Shown here piece after piece: positions 60,304 through 64,000 of a stretch of 64,000 bases of DNA. Position 1 is the first letter of the stretch; each line of letters starts with the position of its first letter. The stretch is taken from the NCBI GenBank assembly GCA_963675525.2, contig CAXXSL010000001.1, forward strand, positions 274,755-338,754, in the 5' to 3' direction. Source of the DNA: Anaerohalosphaeraceae bacterium (GTDB lineage Bacteria; Planctomycetota; Phycisphaerae; Sedimentisphaerales; Anaerohalosphaeraceae). The position numbers and the translations under genes are program-made. Under the pieces are notes generated by a model. The model worked only from the letters and a program-made list of their open reading frames with translations. It ran no database searches and was not told the DNA's origin.

Positions 60304-60801
60304 CGAAAAAGGGTGTATCAAAAATGCTAACTTCCCCGTGAATTGACACTTTGGGCGCGATACGATATTCGCATGGCTTTCATCTTCGCTGAAGCTACGA
60401 CGGACAGGTGCGCCATGGCGTTTTTGTTGGCTGTTTTTTAGCCAGGCGAGGCGGGTTGCTCGCACTCTGATTCAATTGTTAAAAGATCCTATTCTAATTT
60501 TCAAAAAACTAAGCCCCCCGTATTAGGGGCGAACGTGCGTGTTTGGTGCGATTTTTGGTGATTTTCGAGGGGTCGAAAATGCGTAAGTGCTTATGAAAAA
60601 AGGGATAATATTTTTATTTTTTTGGTGGATAGCAAGATAGTACATGCAGAAAAAGTGTCATCTGGATGCGAAGCATCCAGAGTCTATAGTCCTGAGGATA
60701 CGGAAAGCTCGAAATCCCAAACACATTCCAAAATCGAAGGTTTTAGTGATTTAAACAAAAGAGAAAATTGTTCGGATTTACGTGATTTATGGAAGAAAGA
60801 G

Positions 60802-60829
60802 TCAATTTCCTTCTCCTTAAGGCCGATAA
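60802..60829 (+). promoter_or_regulatory. Sigma28-like promoter upstream of the surface-protein gene
   Basis: TCAA-N16-GCCGATAA (perfect -10 element). Confidence 0.4.
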
Positions 60830-61065
60830 TAACAATAATTAATGGGGCATTTATGTAATTTGGAAGAACAAGTCTGCTATTTAGACTTGTGGTTTCTTCT
60901 GTCGGGGTTAAACTGGTAAGGATGCGACTTTCTTAATAGCACACTGTTATTAATCCCATTTTTTGAAAGAAGAAAGGTTTCATGTAACACAACAGTAAAA
61001 ATCCGGTCTTTATTGTAGAAATTCGGATGCTTGTTGGAGTAAGAATATTTTTTATTGGAGGCAAC

Positions 61066-64000
61066 ATGTTGAAAAAACTCACCCTTCTCTTGGTCATTTA
61101 CAGTCTTACTCTTTGCGTCTATGCAAACTATTCGGGTGGAACCGGCGACCCCAATGACCCCTATTTGATATACAATCTGAATGACCTTATAGAATTTGGG
61201 CAGAGCCCCGGACACTGGGATATGAATTTCAAGCTCATGGCTGATATCGACATGGCTGAAGACACATATGAACAATTCAGCATGATCGGGCGTGACGTTT
61301 TATCTTACCCCCGAGACATTAAAGTCGACAGCAATGAGAAAAAAATGTACTGGGTTGATACAAACTATTACCGTATTTACCGCGCGAATACGGATGGCAG
61401 TCACATGGAGATTGTAATCGGTGAGAACGCGGCCAGACCGGTATCAATCGTTCTTGATGTTATAGGCCGGAAGATTTACTGGGGAAATGCGGATAAGATA
61501 CAACGTGCTAACTTCAATGGGAGTGATATTGAAACGATTACCAGCGTCGGAGTGAGCAAGCCATATGGCATTGCATGCGATACTACCCGAGGCCGAATTT
61601 ACTGGACAGAACCTTACGACGGTCAAATCAAACGGGTCAATGTTGATGGAACAGACCAAAACGTTATTCTTGCCGGGTTGACAGGTCCGAGGGGAATTAC
61701 TGTCGATGAGGAGAACGGTCAGGTTTATTTTACTGATGGAGATAGCATTTTAAAATGCAACCCGGATGGCGGCTCACTTCAGGTCGCGGCATCAAATATT
61801 CGTAGTGTCAAAGGAATCGCATTGGATGTGGCCGCGGGCAAGATCTATTGGACTCAATACCAAGGGGTGTATCAAGCGAACATGGATGGCAGTAACCCGA
61901 TTAAGCTTGAAGGGACTAATCTGCAGTACGAAGACGGCATCGGTCTGGAATTCCCGGGGCCCAGTGTATACTGGACATCATCCTCCTCTAAAAAAATTAA
62001 CAAGCTGGGCAGCGGCGTGAATAATTATTTAATAAAGAATTGGTTCGACGGCGTATTTGACGGTGATAACCATGCGATTTCTAATCTTGCTTTAGGTTTT
62101 GGCAAAATCAGCGGAGTTGGTTTTTTTTCCGATATTAACAATTATGGCGGTTGTGAGAATCTTGTATTGATTAATCCCGTCATCACCTCGCCAGAGTCAT
62201 ATGGTGTCGGCTCGCTTGTTGGTTTTTGTTCCGGTCGTTTAGCGAATTGTTCGATTGTTGGCGGTTTCGTGCAAGGGGACCGGATGGTCGGGGGACTGGC
62301 AGGAAGGAATTCCGGAACCATTGAAGAATGCCAAGTCTCTGCAACTGTTTATGGTAGTGAGAATGTCGGTGGACTTATTGGGGCAATCGACGGGTCGACT
62401 GGTGATGTTTTACGGTGTTTGTTTAGTTACAGGTTATGTCAGTGGAGACTTATGGGTCGGGGGCCTGTTAGGACAGAGTGGTGGAAACATACAGGACTGT
62501 TATTCTTCTATGCATGTCAATGGAAATGAAAGTGTTGGGGGATTTTGGGTACAAGCGGAGGGACTGTCAGGAACTGTTTTAGCCAAGGCCCAGTGACAGG
62601 AAACACAGACGTGGGCGGATTATTAGGAGAGAATTTAGGTGCTGTCGAAAGCAGTTTCTGGGATGTGGAATCTTCCGGTATTGCCGGCAGCAGCGGGGGC
62701 AAGGGCCTGACCTCGTCACAAATGAAGACATTTTCTATTTTCCAGAACGCCGGATGGGGTGATATATGGAGCATGTCAGACGATTTCGATACTCCGCGTT
62801 TGGCTTGGGAAGGAACGGGTTTTCCATCAATTCCTCCAGCCAATCCGATTTCATTGAATGGTAGCGGCAGCGAGACTGATCCTTATCAAATTTGGACCGC
62901 GGAAGAGTTTGCTCTTCTAAGTTGGTATCCATCCGTTCTTGATAAACACTTTGTATTGAAGTCGGATATTAATATGGATAGCGTGAAGCTCTATCCGATC
63001 GGCGACATGGGATCCTTTACCGGTGTTTTTGATGGGGCAGGTCATGTGATATCGAATGTGGCTATCAATCAGCCCGGTGATGATTGTGTCGGTTTGTTTG
63101 GCAGTATTGGTTTCCATCGTTTCAGCCAGGTCAGCTCCGATGGTGAAATAAGGAATCTGGGTTTGGAGCATGTTCATATTACAGGCGATTCATATGTCGG
63201 TGGTTTGGCAGGGATAAATTATGGAGGCATGATCCGTGCGTGTTATGTTAATGGTGTGGTGACAGGTCGTACTTCTGTTGGCGGCTTAGTGGGATGTAAT
63301 GTTGGCAGCGGGCTCTTAAGGGCCTGTTAATGATACGATTAGCGAAAGCTATGCCTCTGTCTTGGTTACTGGTGAAAGCAATGTTGGTGGATTAGCGGGA
63401 GATAACTACGGTACCATTAATTATTGTTATGCGAAAGGGCCGGTAGTCGGTGAAAGTAATGTTGGTGGGTTTGTAGGAACAATTTTCGAAGAAAATTTTA
63501 GATTTTTGTTCGGAATAGGTACTTTTGAGAGTTGTTTTTGGGATATGGAAACTTCCGGAATAGATGTTGGGATAGGCGCTGTACCCCCGCTGGCCCCAGA
63601 GCCTGCGGACGTAACAGGTAAGACAACGACCGAAATGAAAACAATGTCCACTTTTACTGAAGCATGCTGGGATTTTGAAGAAGTCTGGTTTATTCGTCAG
63701 GAAGGGGAGACATATCCTCAGTTAAGATGGGAAAATACTGCGCCGGTGGCGGATGCAGGGGTGGACCTGACGGTCTATGCTTGGGTTGATGGATACGCAA
63801 TGGTGCAGTTGGATGGTACAGGGTCGTCTGATGCTGATGGGGATGTGTTGGCGTATTTCTGGTATAATGATGCGAATGAGTTGATTGCTAAGGGAGCAGA
63901 GCCGGAGGTGGTGCTGGGTGTTGGGGAACATATCATCGAGTTAATCGTCAATGACGGCATTGAAGATTCGGAGCCGGATTCTTGTGTTGTTACCGTAGTT
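61066..64000 (+). pseudogene. Large secreted GLUG-motif protein with YWTD beta-propeller and PKD-like domain; three frameshifts; runs off the window end
   Basis: Signal peptide, GGTG.P.DPY, six YW(T)D-like repeats, VGGLxG repeats, CFWD.E.SG, PVADAG...DGTGSSDADG; protein continuity requires frame changes near 62420, 62545 and 63320. Confidence 0.8.

Noticed and set aside
60622..60858. 78-aa plus-strand ORF
   Set aside because: TTG start in an AT-rich intergenic region, no motifs, and it overlaps a putative promoter.

Overview
Gene-dense bacterial chromosomal segment, most likely from a planctomycete of class Phycisphaerae. This is an inference from a Minf_1886-like gene, an H-X9-DG-like protein, a Tat-exported sulfatase and GLUG-type surface proteins. 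The housekeeping backbone comprises ricT/PSP1, metG, an M20 peptidase, sppA, an LpxL-family acyltransferase, argH, thiL, tsaE, rpsO, pnp, a cold-shock protein, aroF and a ZIP transporter. Accessory blocks: (i) an RNase HI-PurN fusion followed by a radical SAM/SPASM enzyme and two membrane proteins that share an N-terminal motif M[QE][VI][FL]GQS-x7-9-PY[VM]HLGY, the best candidate for an undescribed post-translational modification system; (ii) two convergent ECF sigma/anti-sigma operons with paralogous secreted proteins; (iii) a ~16.5 kb type IV pilus/T2SS-like cluster with an embedded HK-RR-HD-GYP-STAS module and an MshEN-like ATPase; (iv) a DUF1593 x3/GH105/PL1/sulfatase island bracketed by an intact ankyrin gene and a remnant of its 3' end; (v) a triply frameshifted GLUG/YWTD surface-protein gene running off the window end. 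A three-copy non-coding element (two copies with a shared promoter) and several REP-like palindromes are also present. No rRNA, tRNA, CRISPR array, integrase or transposase was recognised. All family assignments come from motif recognition by eye, not database searches.
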